From Truepera sp. (GTDB taxonomy: Bacteria > Deinococcota > Deinococci > Deinococcales > Trueperaceae), in assembly GCA_965218435.1 (NCBI GenBank), contig CBDCKW010000009.1:1696001-1760000 (forward strand): a stretch of DNA of 64,000 nt, given 5' to 3'. The translations under genes were made by a program, and so were the position numbers. A model generated the notes under the pieces. That model was not told the DNA's origin. It searched no databases and worked only from the letters and a program-made list of their open reading frames with translations. Positions within the stretch are counted from its first letter, which is position 1. The number at the start of each line of letters is the position of its first letter. This document shows positions 1 through 11,363 of this stretch, in pieces.

Positions 1-2011
1 CTTCGTCCCACAGGGTTTCTTCCATCGTCAGCCAGCCCAAACCCTGCACGAAGCCGCCTTCAATCTGGCCTTGGTCAACGAGTGGATTTAGAGAGGTTCC
101 GGCGTCCTCAACGATATCTACGCGGCGGAGGCGAAACTGCCCGGTAAAGCCGTCCACCTCGACCTCGCTGACCGCTGCGCCGTAGGCGAAATAGTGAAAG
201 GGCCGCCCCGTGCCGGTGTGCGGGTCGAAGTGCAGGTCCGGGGTGCGGTAAAAACCGGTCGCAAACAGCGGAACCTGCGCCAAGTACGCCTGCCGCACCA
301 CGTCGAGAAAGAGCAAACGTTTATCCGGTTGCACCGAAGAGAAGACCTCGCCGTCCTCAAAGGTGAGACCGGCAGGTAAAAGCTCGAGCAACTTCGCCGC
401 AACCCCGGCAAGGCGTGACCGAAGCGTCTCACACGCCGCTCGCACTGCCTGCCCGTTGAGGTCACTGCCACTGCTCGCCGCCGTCGGCGACGTGTTGGGA
501 ATCTTGTCGGTGGCGGTCGGCATCGCACGAAACTGCGTGACGGGTACGCCGAGCGTTGTCGCAGCGACCTGCAGCATTTTGGTATAGAGCCCCTGCCCCA
601 TCTCGGTGCCGCCGTGGTTGAGCTGGACGCTACCGTCTTGGTAAATCAAGACGAGCGCCCCGGCCTGGTTCATCGGGGTGTTAGTAAACGAAATCCCGAA
701 TTTAACCGGCGTGACGGCGAGGCCGCGCTTGGTATGAGGGTGCGAGGCGTTAAAGCTGACTATCTCTTTTTTACGTGCCACGAAGTCGGAACTCTCAAGA
801 ACCTCGTGCCAGACCCGCCCCAACCTATTGTCGGTAATTTCCTGACCGTAGTGCGTCGTCGCCGTCTCACCCGTACCCCGGTAAAAATTGCGTTCGCGCA
901 CCTCTTCTGCCGGGAGTCCCAAATGCTGAGCGATTCGCGCCACGATTTCCTCGGCGAAGAACATCCCTTGAGGCCCGCCGAAGCCGCGAAAGGCCGTTTG
1001 TGAGACCTTGTTGGTTTTACACACCTGTCCGGTCACGTGCAAGTTGGGGACGAAATAGGCGTTGTCAGCGTGAAAGAGGGCGCGGCCCATGACCGGGAGC
1101 GAGAGGTCGGAAGAAAAACCGCCGTCGCTGTAGAGCTCAAGCTTTACGCCCTCCAATAATCCCTCGTCTGAGAAGCCAACCTCATACCGTCCCCAAAACG
1201 GGTGCCGTTTACCCGACAAGACCATGTCGTGTTCGCGCCGGAGCCTGACCCGCACGGGCCGCCCGGTTACGTGTGCGCCGAGTGCTGCGAGCGCCGCGTA
1301 AGGGGCGGCCTGCGACTCTTTGCCGCCGAAGCCGCCCCCCATCCGCAAACAGGTCACCGTAACCTGACTTGCAGGCACACCCAGCACGTTCGCCACGACA
1401 CCCTGCGTCTCACTCGGGTGCTGCGTCGAACTGGTGATATGGACGCTGCCGTCCGGGTCGGGAACCGCCCAGCTGACGTGGGTCTCTAAGTAAAAGTGGT
1501 CTTGACCGCCGACTGACAGGTCACCGGTGAGCCGATTCGCAGCACGCTTTAGAGAGGTGTCTACGTCACCTCTCGAGAGCACCTGTACAGGTTCGTGAAA
1601 ACTCTCCTGAGAAATCGCGTCCTGAATACTTAGTATAGGCGTGAGCGGTTCGTAAGTCGCGCGGACTAGCAGAGCCCCGGCCCTGGCCGCCGCATCGGTT
1701 TCGGCGAGCACCCAGGCGACGGCTTGGCTGTGAAACATGACTTCATGCTCGGGCAACAGCGGTTCGTCGCCTTTGTGAGCACTTACGTCGTTGGCACCGG
1801 ATACGTCAGCGTAGGTAAGTACATATACGACGCCGGGGACCTCTAAAGCGGGAGCCGTTTCCAAAGCTGTGATGCGGGCATGAGCGTGCAGTGCGAGCAC
1901 CGGCCACGCGCTGAGCATCCCGGCAAACCGCGCTTGGTCGTCCGTGTAGCGGGCCGTCCCCTGGACGTGCGCGGCGGCGCTCTCATGCGGCAGGGCTTTA
2001 CCGACGCTCAC
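1..2011 (-). CDS. xdhB: Xanthine dehydrogenase molybdopterin-binding subunit (runs off the window start; not in ORF track)
   Basis: GTG at 2011 overlaps the xdhA stop (GTGA). Manual translation begins MSVGKALPHESAAAHVQGTARYTDD and reaches DIVEDAGTSLNPLVDQGQIEGGFVQGLGWLTMEE at the window edge, both typical XdhB motifs. Confidence 0.93.
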   Translation of the reverse strand, partial: MSVGKALPHESAAAHVQGTARYTDDQARFAGMLSAWPVLALHAHARITALETAPALEVPGVVYVLTYADVSGANDVSAHKGDEPLLPEHEVMFHSQAVAWVLAETDAAARAGALLVRATYEPLTPILSIQDAISQESFHEPVQVLSRGDVDTSLKRAANRLTGDLSVGGQDHFYLETHVSWAVPDPDGSVHITSSTQHPSETQGVVANVLGVPASQVTVTCLRMGGGFGGKESQAAPYAALAALGAHVTGRPVRVRLRREHDMVLSGKRHPFWGRYEVGFSDEGLLEGVKLELYSDGGFSSDLSLPVMGRALFHADNAYFVPNLHVTGQVCKTNKVSQTAFRGFGGPQGMFFAEEIVARIAQHLGLPAEEVRERNFYRGTGETATTHYGQEITDNRLGRVWHEVLESSDFVARKKEIVSFNASHPHTKRGLAVTPVKFGISFTNTPMNQAGALVLIYQDGSVQLNHGGTEMGQGLYTKMLQVAATTLGVPVTQFRAMPTATDKIPNTSPTAASSGSDLNGQAVRAACETLRSRLAGVAAKLLELLPAGLTFEDGEVFSSVQPDKRLLFLDVVRQAYLAQVPLFATGFYRTPDLHFDPHTGTGRPFHYFAYGAAVSEVEVDGFTGQFRLRRVDIVEDAGTSLNPLVDQGQIEGGFVQGLGWLTMEETLWDE

Positions 2012-3392
2012 GCGGCGACCTCAGCAGGTTCAGTGTGTTCATAAAAAAACTTTTCAAACAAGTTACCGACCAAAGCGCGGCGGTACTCGGCGCTGCCGCG
2101 CAGGTCGCTCAGAGGCGTAAACAGTGATCGGAGACGAACCGCCGCTTCGGACGCCGTGTGTTCGTTCCAGGGTTTGCCCCGTAAAAACGTTTCGACCTCA
2201 TACGCGCGTAGGGGCGTTGCCGCGACGCCGCCGTAAGCCAAACGTGCCGAGACAACGACGCCAGCCGAGAGTTTTAGGCTAAACGCCGCTGCAACCGTCG
2301 AGATATCGTCCGCACCGCGTTTGCCGACCTTGTAGACAGCTTCCAACTGCCCCGTTTTCTTGGGTACCGTAACCGAGCGGATCAGTTCGCCGGGACGCTG
2401 TACCGTCGTCCGGTAGCCCGTAAAAAACTCGCTCAAGGGAAGCGTACGCTCGCCCTCAGCCGACACAAGCGTCACCGAGGCGTTACACGCGAGCAGGACC
2501 GGCGCGAGGTCGCCGACCGGCGAGGCGGTCGCTAAGTTGCCGCCCAGCGTAGCGCGGTTACGAATCTGCCGCGCGGCAAAGCTTTGCAGCATCGTTTCCA
2601 GAAGCGGAACACGGTCCCCGAGTTGTCGTTCGAGTTCAGAAAGCGTCAGGGCACTCCCCAAGATAAGCTCAGCGTCTGTCTCTGCAAGCTGCCGGAGTTC
2701 AGGGACGTGCTCGAGCGCAAGCAGCACCGGATAGCACCGTCCGAGTTTGTTGAGTTCAACCCCGACGTCCGTTCCCCCAGCGATGAGTTTTGCTTCGGGA
2801 TAAGTAGCAAGTAGAGAAAACACCTCTTCAAGTGATGTAGGGCAAAAATAGTATTCGTCGCTAAACTATAGGATTCAGGTTGGTAAGGTGCGTCGCCGGA
2901 CGTATGGAACGAATCATCCACCGAAACGCCTGCCAAACTCCGCGCCGCTTCACGGATGGGCCGGTAACCGGTGCAGCGGCAGAGGTTACCCTCGAGCACC
3001 GTATCGCCGGTCTCCCCCGAATACCCCGCCGCAAACAAGCTCATCACAAACCCTGGCGTGCAAAACCCGCACTGCGACCCGCCCGCTTCGGCTAGCGCCT
3101 TTTGGACCGGGTGCAGCATGCCGTTTTTGGCCAAGCCCGCCGCCGTGACGACCTCTTGACCGGCGACGGCGGCCAGCGGCACGAGGCAGCTGTTAATAGC
3201 CTTGAAGGTACCTTCACCCCGAACCGCGACGGTACACGCGCCGCAGTCACCTTCGGCGCAGCCTTCTTTCACCGCGACGTGGCCCGACACACGCAGATAA
3301 TCCAAGAGCATCTTGGAGGGAGACACCGCCGCAACCTGTTCTTGACCGTCCACCCATAGCTTTAGCACTGGTTTTGTCACGGCTGTCGTCAC
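2008..3392 (-). pseudogene. xdhA: Xanthine dehydrogenase small subunit (2Fe-2S + FAD domains), split by a 1-nt frameshift near 2865
   Basis: ORF 2646..3392 carries KEGCAEGDCGAC, QCGFCTPG and GNLCRCTGY. ORF 2008..2823 carries IAGGTD and QIRNRATLGGN. Adding one T at 2863-2865 fuses them through FSDEYYFCPTSLEEV. Could be a sequencing error. Confidence 0.85.
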
Positions 3393-3675
3393 GGCGTCCT
3401 CCTAGCTTTCATTGTGCCCCTTTACGGCCGAGTTACGCAAGGACAAGCTGCCTATCACGTTAAATGTAAGCGTCAAGTTATACAGAAGCCATCTCAAATT
3501 TGGGCTGAGGCCCAAAAGGGGTTAACCGAGCTAGGCGAGGTAGACTAGGACGCTCTAAGTCTGGGAAATCTTTGAGATAGCTGCACAGTCAGACAATGGA
3601 ACTAAGTAGAAGATGCGTTTAGCCAAACCTGTTAGCCGAAACGCTTCTGGTCAAAGAGACTAACGAGCAGGGCGT

Positions 3676-4563
3676 TCACCTTTGGCTCGACACGAGGTTG
3701 GATAAGTCGTGCGCAGCTTCGGCAACGCTCCTATACCGCACCCTTTTATCAGCAGATAAACATTTTTCTAAAATACGCTCGAGTTCATTCCAAGGTTCAG
3801 CGCCTGCGCCCACAAACCCTGCATCCACAAACGTGGTGCGGTGACCTTGAGCAATGCGTTCACGCTTTTCCTCGAGGTCAAGCTTTATACCTTCTTTGCC
3901 GTAGTCTACGCTCAGCTGCCCGGTATAGAGAAAAAACACCACCGCAGCGAGCGAATACAGCTCGGCTCGCTCGTCATAGCGCACAGGTGAACAGTGTCCA
4001 GCTGAGCTACCCGCCAACTGCTGCGCACAGACTTCAGGCGCACTAAAATGCACCAGGGCTCCTCGGTAGTCGAAATCTTCGTCGGTACGGTGCGTCAGCG
4101 CAAAATCGAGAAGCTGAACGGTGTTGTCTGCCACCCTGAAATGATCGGGTTGCAGGTCGCCATGAAGATAGCCTGCAGCGTGCAACTCGGCGACTTTGGC
4201 GAACATCGCGGCAAAGAGCTCGAGGCGTTTCGGCTTCGTGTCAGGCTCCGGGCGGTCGCGCAACCCGTTGACGTAGCGGTAGACACTCTGTCCGGCTACC
4301 CAAGTGAGCAGCAGCCAGGAAAAACCTTGATCGTCGCCGCTGTCAACGTAAATCGGGGTAAAGTCGCGGAGTTTTTGCAAAACTGCGGCTTCTGGGGCCG
4401 TTGACGCGTCGGTTTTAGTTGCCACCTTGAGGCCGAACCGCCGCTCACCCACTGCCAGCTTGAGCATTTTAGCCCCGCGACGGTTGCTCACTTCCGCTTC
4501 CAGCTCGAGCGATAGGCCACTACGTTCTGAAACATGAGCAATCAGTCTTTGGTCATTGTTCAC
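3676..4563 (-). CDS. Protein kinase-like (Ser/Thr kinase fold) protein
   Basis: FGLKV (beta3 Lys), YLHGDLQPDH catalytic loop, LLDFAL, FSAPE, ELYSLAAV and ILEKCLSADKRVRY. Confidence 0.8.
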   Translation of the reverse strand: MNNDQRLIAHVSERSGLSLELEAEVSNRRGAKMLKLAVGERRFGLKVATKTDASTAPEAAVLQKLRDFTPIYVDSGDDQGFSWLLLTWVAGQSVYRYVNGLRDRPEPDTKPKRLELFAAMFAKVAELHAAGYLHGDLQPDHFRVADNTVQLLDFALTHRTDEDFDYRGALVHFSAPEVCAQQLAGSSAGHCSPVRYDERAELYSLAAVVFFLYTGQLSVDYGKEGIKLDLEEKRERIAQGHRTTFVDAGFVGAGAEPWNELERILEKCLSADKRVRYRSVAEAAHDLSNLVSSQR

Positions 4564-4670
4564 CAGTTCAAACCTCGCAGCCGATTACCGTAAGTTACGG
4601 CAGGTTAACGATGACGAAAGCTCGCAAAAGCTACTACACGAACGAAAATCCGTTCAAGTCAAACTGCCTT

Positions 4671-5906
4671 TTACTCAGCCAGTGCCGCCAGCGTCCGCGC
4701 CAGCACCTGCACCCCCTGCGCAATCTCTTGCGGACTGCTGTACTCGTCGGGGCGGTGGCTGAGCCCATCTTTAGAGGGGATAAAAATCATTCCGACCGGG
4801 CACACACGGGCCATGAACAAGGTGTCGTGATAGGCGCGGCTAACGAGCGTTTGTGACCCGAGACCTTCAGCCTCGGCAGCAGCACAAACGGCTTCGATAA
4901 TGTCAGGTGCGCAGGTTGCGGGCGGGTCGGCGTTGAGCAGCTGGACTTCGGCCTCGACGCCTCGTTGTTGAGAGGTTGTTTTGATGTTTTGCTGAATCCT
5001 CGAGACCATCCCGTCACGCCGTTCCAAATCTGTATCGCGCACGTCTACCGTTAAAAAGACCCGGCTGGGAATGCTGTTCACCGCGCTCGGGAACACGTCA
5101 AACACGCCGACTGTCGCAACCGAGTCGGGTGAGCCCGTCCCTCTAGCCGCCGCCTCGACCGCGACCGCGATCTCCGCCCCGGTGAGGAGCGCGTCGCGGC
5201 GCTCCGGCATCAGCACCCCGCCCGCGTGTCCGCCTGCGCCGGTCAGCGTGACGTGCAGCGTCGCAGGCGCGGCAACGCTACTGACCACACCGATAGGGAC
5301 ACCCGCAGCCTCGAGCCTCGGTCCCTGTTCGATATGCAGCTCGACAAATGCGTGATAGTGTCCGGCGCTGAACTTGAGTGCTTCAGGTTTCCCCGTAAAA
5401 CCCGCCTGCTGAGCCGCCCCTAAAACACTCAGCCCGTCTTCACCTTTAAGTTCGGCGAGCGCGTCCGGGCTCAAAACACCCGCCAGCGCCCGACTGCCGA
5501 AACAGCCCACGCCAAAGCGGGTCGGTTCTTCGGCGGTAAAAAGGATAAGTTCCAGACTCCGGCGCGGCCTAAAGCCTGAAGTTTTAAGCGTACGGATAGC
5601 TTCTAAACCCCCTAATACCCCAACCGTGCCGTCAAAACGCCCGGAAAACGGGATAGCGTCAATGTGAGAACCCGTCGCAACGGCAGGTAACAAAGGCTCG
5701 AGCCCTTCCCAGCGGGCGAAAAGGTTCCCGAGGGCGTCTTCACGTATAGACAGCCCGACCTCAGCAATCAGGGTTTTAAGGTACGCCCTTGCGTCCAAAT
5801 CGGTTTTTGTATAGACGACGCGGGTCACCGCCGGGGCAGGAGCGTCGGAGAAGGTGGCTAGGGTCCCTAGCTGCGCGGTCAGCCTTACGGTATCTACCTC
5901 AAGCAC
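4671..5906 (-). CDS. allC: Allantoate amidohydrolase-like M20 Zn hydrolase
   Basis: GSHIDA, GRFDGTVGV, EEPTRF, ELHIEQGP, GHAG and SHRPDE motifs; located in the purine catabolism cluster. Confidence 0.8.
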   Translation of the reverse strand: MLEVDTVRLTAQLGTLATFSDAPAPAVTRVVYTKTDLDARAYLKTLIAEVGLSIREDALGNLFARWEGLEPLLPAVATGSHIDAIPFSGRFDGTVGVLGGLEAIRTLKTSGFRPRRSLELILFTAEEPTRFGVGCFGSRALAGVLSPDALAELKGEDGLSVLGAAQQAGFTGKPEALKFSAGHYHAFVELHIEQGPRLEAAGVPIGVVSSVAAPATLHVTLTGAGGHAGGVLMPERRDALLTGAEIAVAVEAAARGTGSPDSVATVGVFDVFPSAVNSIPSRVFLTVDVRDTDLERRDGMVSRIQQNIKTTSQQRGVEAEVQLLNADPPATCAPDIIEAVCAAAEAEGLGSQTLVSRAYHDTLFMARVCPVGMIFIPSKDGLSHRPDEYSSPQEIAQGVQVLARTLAALAE

Positions 5907-7359
5907 TAGATTTTCCTAAAGCTTTGCGTGCTTTTTCTTCTAGTCCCGCTAATATCTCATCCACAATTCTTTGGACGAATATGTCAAGTCTCATTTGAGT
6001 TGTGGCACTAAGGTTTGGCAAAAGTTCTGAGACTCTAACCTCAAACATCCCTTGGTTCTCCACATTGGTCATTCCTAAAAAGTAATCAGCGGTTTGAATA
6101 ACTATATCATCGTCTATCCCGCTATCAGCAGGAACTGATACTCCGTAAGTCTGCTGCGTTGAAACATTTTGTGGCAGCGTTTTTGTACTGATATGTATCT
6201 GTGTATAATCGTCCCCTTTACTGATGTTTCTATAGCTAGAGTGAGCAAGCTTAAAACTTCCACGCGATTTGGAAACCGTTGAGTTTAGCAGGTCTTCACT
6301 CCCTGCAAGATTCTGTTTGAAGCTTTTGCTCAGTTTCGAGACTAGTTCATTGAGTAATAAAGTTGCTGCCTTGTCTATTTCGACATGTGTATATCCGCTT
6401 TGCGTCCGGTTTAGATTTTGCAAACGCTGTAAGCTCTGCTCACTTGGTGCGGACAGCGCAGCTCTTATGCTTTCCTCGACAAGTTGAATAGGGTCCAAAG
6501 TTCTCTCTAAAACGAAGTTGATGAAACCTTGTGGTTTGCCCTGATCAGCTTCACTTAAAGCATCCAAATATTCGTCACGCTTTTCTGCAAGGATAAGCAG
6601 GGGTACAGATTGAGCTTTATAGGTAAAAACTGATGCTAACGCTCGAGCTACCCTGCCGTTCCCATCTGCAAAGGGGTGAATAAGTACGAAGCTGTAATGT
6701 GCGTAGGCCGCCTGCAACGCGGGATGGGCGTCTGCGAATGCTTCTGACCTCAACTCTTGGCACAAACGGTGCATCTCACTAGAGGTGACATCAACCGGAG
6801 CATAAGCGTGAATGTTTCCATTTCTATCTCTTACATGATTTGGAGAAGCTTTATAAGTACCCTTTCGTAACTTGATAGGTTGTGGCCCTATTTCAGTAAC
6901 CGCTATGTAGTTCTCTTGATTACGGCAGATAATCTCATGAAGGCTACGAATTGAAGCTTCGCTAATCGGCGTTTCGCCCGTGGCTAGATTAAGGATGTAT
7001 TCATAAGCCTCGAGTTGCGCTTCGATATATCCCCTAACCTGTTCGCCTTTTTCGTCAAGCTTGACCTGCCAGAAAGCTGCTTCTGTCGCTACCGTAAAGG
7101 TAAAACCACGGTCTACTTCATAAAGTCCCTCGAGCGCCCCTGTATCAACAGCCGCCGCACGCCTAACGATGTTTTGAGCTTTTTCCAGAACCTCACGCGA
7201 AGCTGTTTTTCGGCGTTGCTCGAGCTCTGTTGTATACCGCTGCCAGCGCACCGAATCAATTTTGAATGCGAGCCATTCTTCAAACGCCGGAAATGGTTTG
7301 TAGGTAGAGTCAATAGCCCTTGGATCCATAGGTACTTCTAACTCAGATGATAAATACAT
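5899..7359 (-). CDS. Fic-domain protein (AMPylase family, class II-like)
   Basis: Fic motif HPFADGNGRVAR; N-terminal TGALEG matches the (S/T)xxxE(G/N) inhibitory motif; visibly AT-richer than its neighbours. Confidence 0.9.
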   Translation of the reverse strand: MYLSSELEVPMDPRAIDSTYKPFPAFEEWLAFKIDSVRWQRYTTELEQRRKTASREVLEKAQNIVRRAAAVDTGALEGLYEVDRGFTFTVATEAAFWQVKLDEKGEQVRGYIEAQLEAYEYILNLATGETPISEASIRSLHEIICRNQENYIAVTEIGPQPIKLRKGTYKASPNHVRDRNGNIHAYAPVDVTSSEMHRLCQELRSEAFADAHPALQAAYAHYSFVLIHPFADGNGRVARALASVFTYKAQSVPLLILAEKRDEYLDALSEADQGKPQGFINFVLERTLDPIQLVEESIRAALSAPSEQSLQRLQNLNRTQSGYTHVEIDKAATLLLNELVSKLSKSFKQNLAGSEDLLNSTVSKSRGSFKLAHSSYRNISKGDDYTQIHISTKTLPQNVSTQQTYGVSVPADSGIDDDIVIQTADYFLGMTNVENQGMFEVRVSELLPNLSATTQMRLDIFVQRIVDEILAGLEEKARKALGKSSA

Positions 7360-7379
7360 AAAATTATTGTAGTTGGAAA

Positions 7380-8134
<755 letters not shown>

Positions 8135-8135
<1 letters not shown>

Positions 8136-9457
8136 CAGGTCCTTTCGGGAGTGACGAGTTTGCCGGACGGTGCGGCGACTACCTTGCCATCAGCAAAGAC
8201 AGCTTGACCACGCAAATAGGTCGCCCGGACACGGCCCTTAAGCGTTTCGCCAAAATAGGCCCCGTCTCTGTAACGCGTCAGCAAGGTGGTGTCGTCCAAG
8301 GTCATGGTGCCGCGCAGGTCAACTAAAGAGAAGTCGGCGTCGTAACCGGGCTCGAGCTTTCCCTTGGTCTTGAGGCCGAATCGCTCAGCCGGACCTTTGG
8401 CCGTCAGCCTGGCGATACGCTCCGGTGACACGCCCAAACTCAGCAGCACGCCCAACGTCGCCTGAACGCCTGAAATCCCGCCCCAAACCTCGAAAAAGTC
8501 AGGGTCGGTTTTAAGGTCGGGCGGCGCGGGCGAATGGTCTGAGGCGATCAGGTCAAGGTCCCCTAAAACGTTTAGCAGCGCCAAACGTTCGGTGTCGGCG
8601 CGAAGGGGCGGCGCACATTTGAGGGGTGCACCTTTGGCGAGCAGATCGGCTTCAGAAAAGTACAGGTAGTGCGGGCACGTCTCACAGGTAGCGCGGACGC
8701 CCCTGGCCGCGGCCTCACGGACGAGCTCCACACCCCGCGCTGTGCTGACGTGGACGATGTGCAGGTCAGCGCCGGTCTCTTCAGCAAACAGCAGGGCGCG
8801 CACGATAGCCTCGAGTTCAGCGACCACGGGTCTCGAGGCCAGATAGTCCTGGGCGCTCCGCCCCCCGGCCGCGCGAAGCTTGGCACTCAAACCTTTGGTT
8901 AAGCTTTCGCTCTCCGCGTGAACCGCGACGGGGAGTCCCAACGCGGCGGCCTGCTGCATTCCCGTAAGTAACGTCACGTCGTCCACTGCGCGAAACTCCG
9001 GGATACCGCTGTCCGCCATAAACGCTTTGAAACCCACCACGCCGCACGCGGCGAGGGCTTCCAACTCATCCAAATTGTCCGGCGTCAGGCCGCCCCAGAG
9101 AGCAAAATCAGTGAGCGACGACCGCTCCGCCGCCGCGCGTTTGGTGGCGAATTCGGCGGGTGTCAAGAGCGGCGGGTGAGCGTTTAAGGGCATCTCAAAA
9201 AAGAGCGTGCCGCCGCCCGCGGCAAGTGCCGCGCTGCCTGAGGCGAACCCTTCCCACTGCGTCCGGCCGGGTTCGTTAAAGTGAACGTGCGCGTCAACAA
9301 GACCCGGAAAGACGTGCAACCCGTCGGCGTTGACTTCGCTCCGCCCGCTGCCGACCGTCCCTAACCCGACGATGACGCCCCCTTCGACGGCGAGGTCGGT
9401 CTGCGTCACACCAGCCGCTGAGACCAACGACCCGCCACGAATGACCAGTTCAGCCAT
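8135..9457 (-). CDS. allB: Allantoinase
   Basis: DAHVHFNEPGR, EMPLN, GFKAFM, VHAE, HIVHVS, KCAPPLR and SDHSP. Confidence 0.93.
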
Positions 9458-9807
9458 CAGCTGCCCCGGTAGGTGCTGTACCCGTAAGGGGATAAAAGGA
9501 GCGGCACGTGAATACGCGCTCCGGCGTCCGCGACGCCGAAACGCACGATGATCTCATCCAAAAAGGCAGGGTCAGGTAAGTTCTGGTAAGTACGGAGATA
9601 CGCTCCGGCAAAGAAGACGAGTTCGTATACGCCGACCCGGAAGGCGTCCCCAGTGAGCAGCGGGGCGTCGGTACGGCCGTCCCGGTTCGTCGTCAGCGTT
9701 TTTAGATGGGTGCGCCCCTCCCCGTCAAGTTGCCACAGCTCGAGCCTCAGCCCGGCAGCAGGCACCCCTCGAGCGGTATCTAAGACGTGGGTGCTTAACT
9801 GACTCAT
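9457..9807 (-). CDS. uraH: 5-hydroxyisourate hydrolase
   Basis: LSTHVLDTARG start and C-terminal YSTYRGS signature. Confidence 0.95.
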   Translation of the reverse strand: MSQLSTHVLDTARGVPAAGLRLELWQLDGEGRTHLKTLTTNRDGRTDAPLLTGDAFRVGVYELVFFAGAYLRTYQNLPDPAFLDEIIVRFGVADAGARIHVPLLLSPYGYSTYRGS

Positions 9808-9824
9808 TGGGGTTAGCCCACGTC

Positions 9825-10790
9825 CTAAAGGGTTTCCGGGTCTGTCAAGGCGTCAGCGGTGAGCGTCAAACCGATCCGCCCATACGGGGGGCGCGGGTCG
9901 GTACGGACCTGAACAGTAGGGTGAACAGTGGGGTCGTCCGAGGCAAAAGCCGGGTCCCAGAGACGGTTTTGCGCTTCGAAACGAACTTCGGCAAGTTGCG
10001 GAAACCGGGCCAGCAGGTTCTTGCCCATTTCATAGACAAGGTGCTGAATCGAACGGCTGTTAAAGTCGTGAAAGGTCACGGCGGCGAGGTCGCGGACTTG
10101 TTCGGCGGGAACGTAGTGCGCGGTGTCGTCCGAGACCATGTGCGCGGAGTCGGCGTAGCGCCAGAACACGTCCAAGTAGACGAAAAGGGGCCGGTCCTCG
10201 GTCTCGGGCAGGGTCGTGTGGTCGTCGCGGGCAAACCGGGCGAACGAGCTCCCGGTCGTTTTAACGAGTTGGAGCTCGAGCCGCCCGCACTCGTGGTCGG
10301 TCAAGGCGACGCCGCTCGGGGTGCGCTCTAACATCAGTTCAGCCGCGCCGTAATCGTTGCGTGAACGCGAAAAAAGCACTGTACTCGGCGTAAAGCCGTC
10401 CCCGTCCGGGACCAAGGCCGCCGTAAACGGCAGTTCGCGCCCGGTCACGTGGAGCGCCCCCATAGCCGGATACGCCCCTAAAAAGGCCCGCCCGAGAAAA
10501 TCTAGAAAAGACTCGAGGGTACTCCCGCTAAACTCTAAAGCCCGCTTTAAGACAAAGTTTTTCATGGTATCGGTCGCCACGACGTTGTGGTTATCGCCCT
10601 CGGTATAGGCCGCCGTAAAGGGGCCACCTAACACCTGCACGTCAACCTCCACGCTAAAAAGCTCGTTGCCGCGCCCCGTAAAGGCTGATTCGGGGATACG
10701 GGCGACAACCAGGGGCGCAGCCTTAAAGCGGTAGGTTCCGATACCAGCCTTGCCGTAGTCAATGGACGCGAGCTGCACTTTTCTCGTCAT
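9825..10790 (-). CDS. pucL: Factor-independent urate oxidase (uricase)
   Basis: YGK, VATDTMKNF, LVKTTGSSF, SIQH and PPYGRI motifs. Confidence 0.93.
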   Translation of the reverse strand: MTRKVQLASIDYGKAGIGTYRFKAAPLVVARIPESAFTGRGNELFSVEVDVQVLGGPFTAAYTEGDNHNVVATDTMKNFVLKRALEFSGSTLESFLDFLGRAFLGAYPAMGALHVTGRELPFTAALVPDGDGFTPSTVLFSRSRNDYGAAELMLERTPSGVALTDHECGRLELQLVKTTGSSFARFARDDHTTLPETEDRPLFVYLDVFWRYADSAHMVSDDTAHYVPAEQVRDLAAVTFHDFNSRSIQHLVYEMGKNLLARFPQLAEVRFEAQNRLWDPAFASDDPTVHPTVQVRTDPRPPYGRIGLTLTADALTDPETL

Positions 10791-11305
10791 ACTGCCCCCA
10801 AAAGCGCCGCCAAGCGGAAACGCGCGATTTCGTAGATTTGTTCCAGTGCCTCGCCCTGTTCGGCTTCGGGTGAGTTGGGCAATCTGACCGCAAACGCGGC
10901 CAAGATGCTCGTTTTGTTGTGACCTTTGACCGCCAAGATAAAAGGAAAGCCGAAACGCGCCCGGTACGCGTCGTTGAGTTCGTGAAACCGCCGGTACTCA
11001 GCTTCGGTCAACCGGTCCAGCCCCGCCCCGGCTTGCTCAAAGCTCGAGGCTTCGGTCAACGCCCCGGCCAGCGCCGCTTTGCCCGCTAGGTTAGGGTGGG
11101 CACGAATCAGCTCGAGCTGAGCTTTAGTAGTTGCGTTAGAGACAGTTTTACACATGGCGCGGTGAAGTTCGTCTAGTGAACCGAACGGACGAGCGTCATA
11201 GGCTCCGGCAGCGACCCACGGCGAGTGCTCGAAGATGTCGGCCAGCACAGCGGTGAATTCCGCTTTGGAAAGTTCGCTGAGCTTGGGGGCTGAGAGGGGT
11301 AACAT
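10787..11305 (-). CDS. uraD: OHCU decarboxylase
   Basis: FEHSPWVA, IRAHPNL, EQAGAGL and YRARFGFPFI. ATG at 11305 with a GAGGAG RBS is preferred over the ORF-track start at 11392. Confidence 0.92.
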   Translation of the reverse strand: MLPLSAPKLSELSKAEFTAVLADIFEHSPWVAAGAYDARPFGSLDELHRAMCKTVSNATTKAQLELIRAHPNLAGKAALAGALTEASSFEQAGAGLDRLTEAEYRRFHELNDAYRARFGFPFILAVKGHNKTSILAAFAVRLPNSPEAEQGEALEQIYEIARFRLAALLGAV

Positions 11306-11363
11306 CGGTCTCCTCGGGGGTGTCCGGGCAAAGCGTAACAGCATGCACAGAAACCATAAACTG

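Noticed and set aside
118..1489. Short ORFs listed in the first 1.5 kb
   Set aside because: They are shadow ORFs of the truncated xdhB frame.
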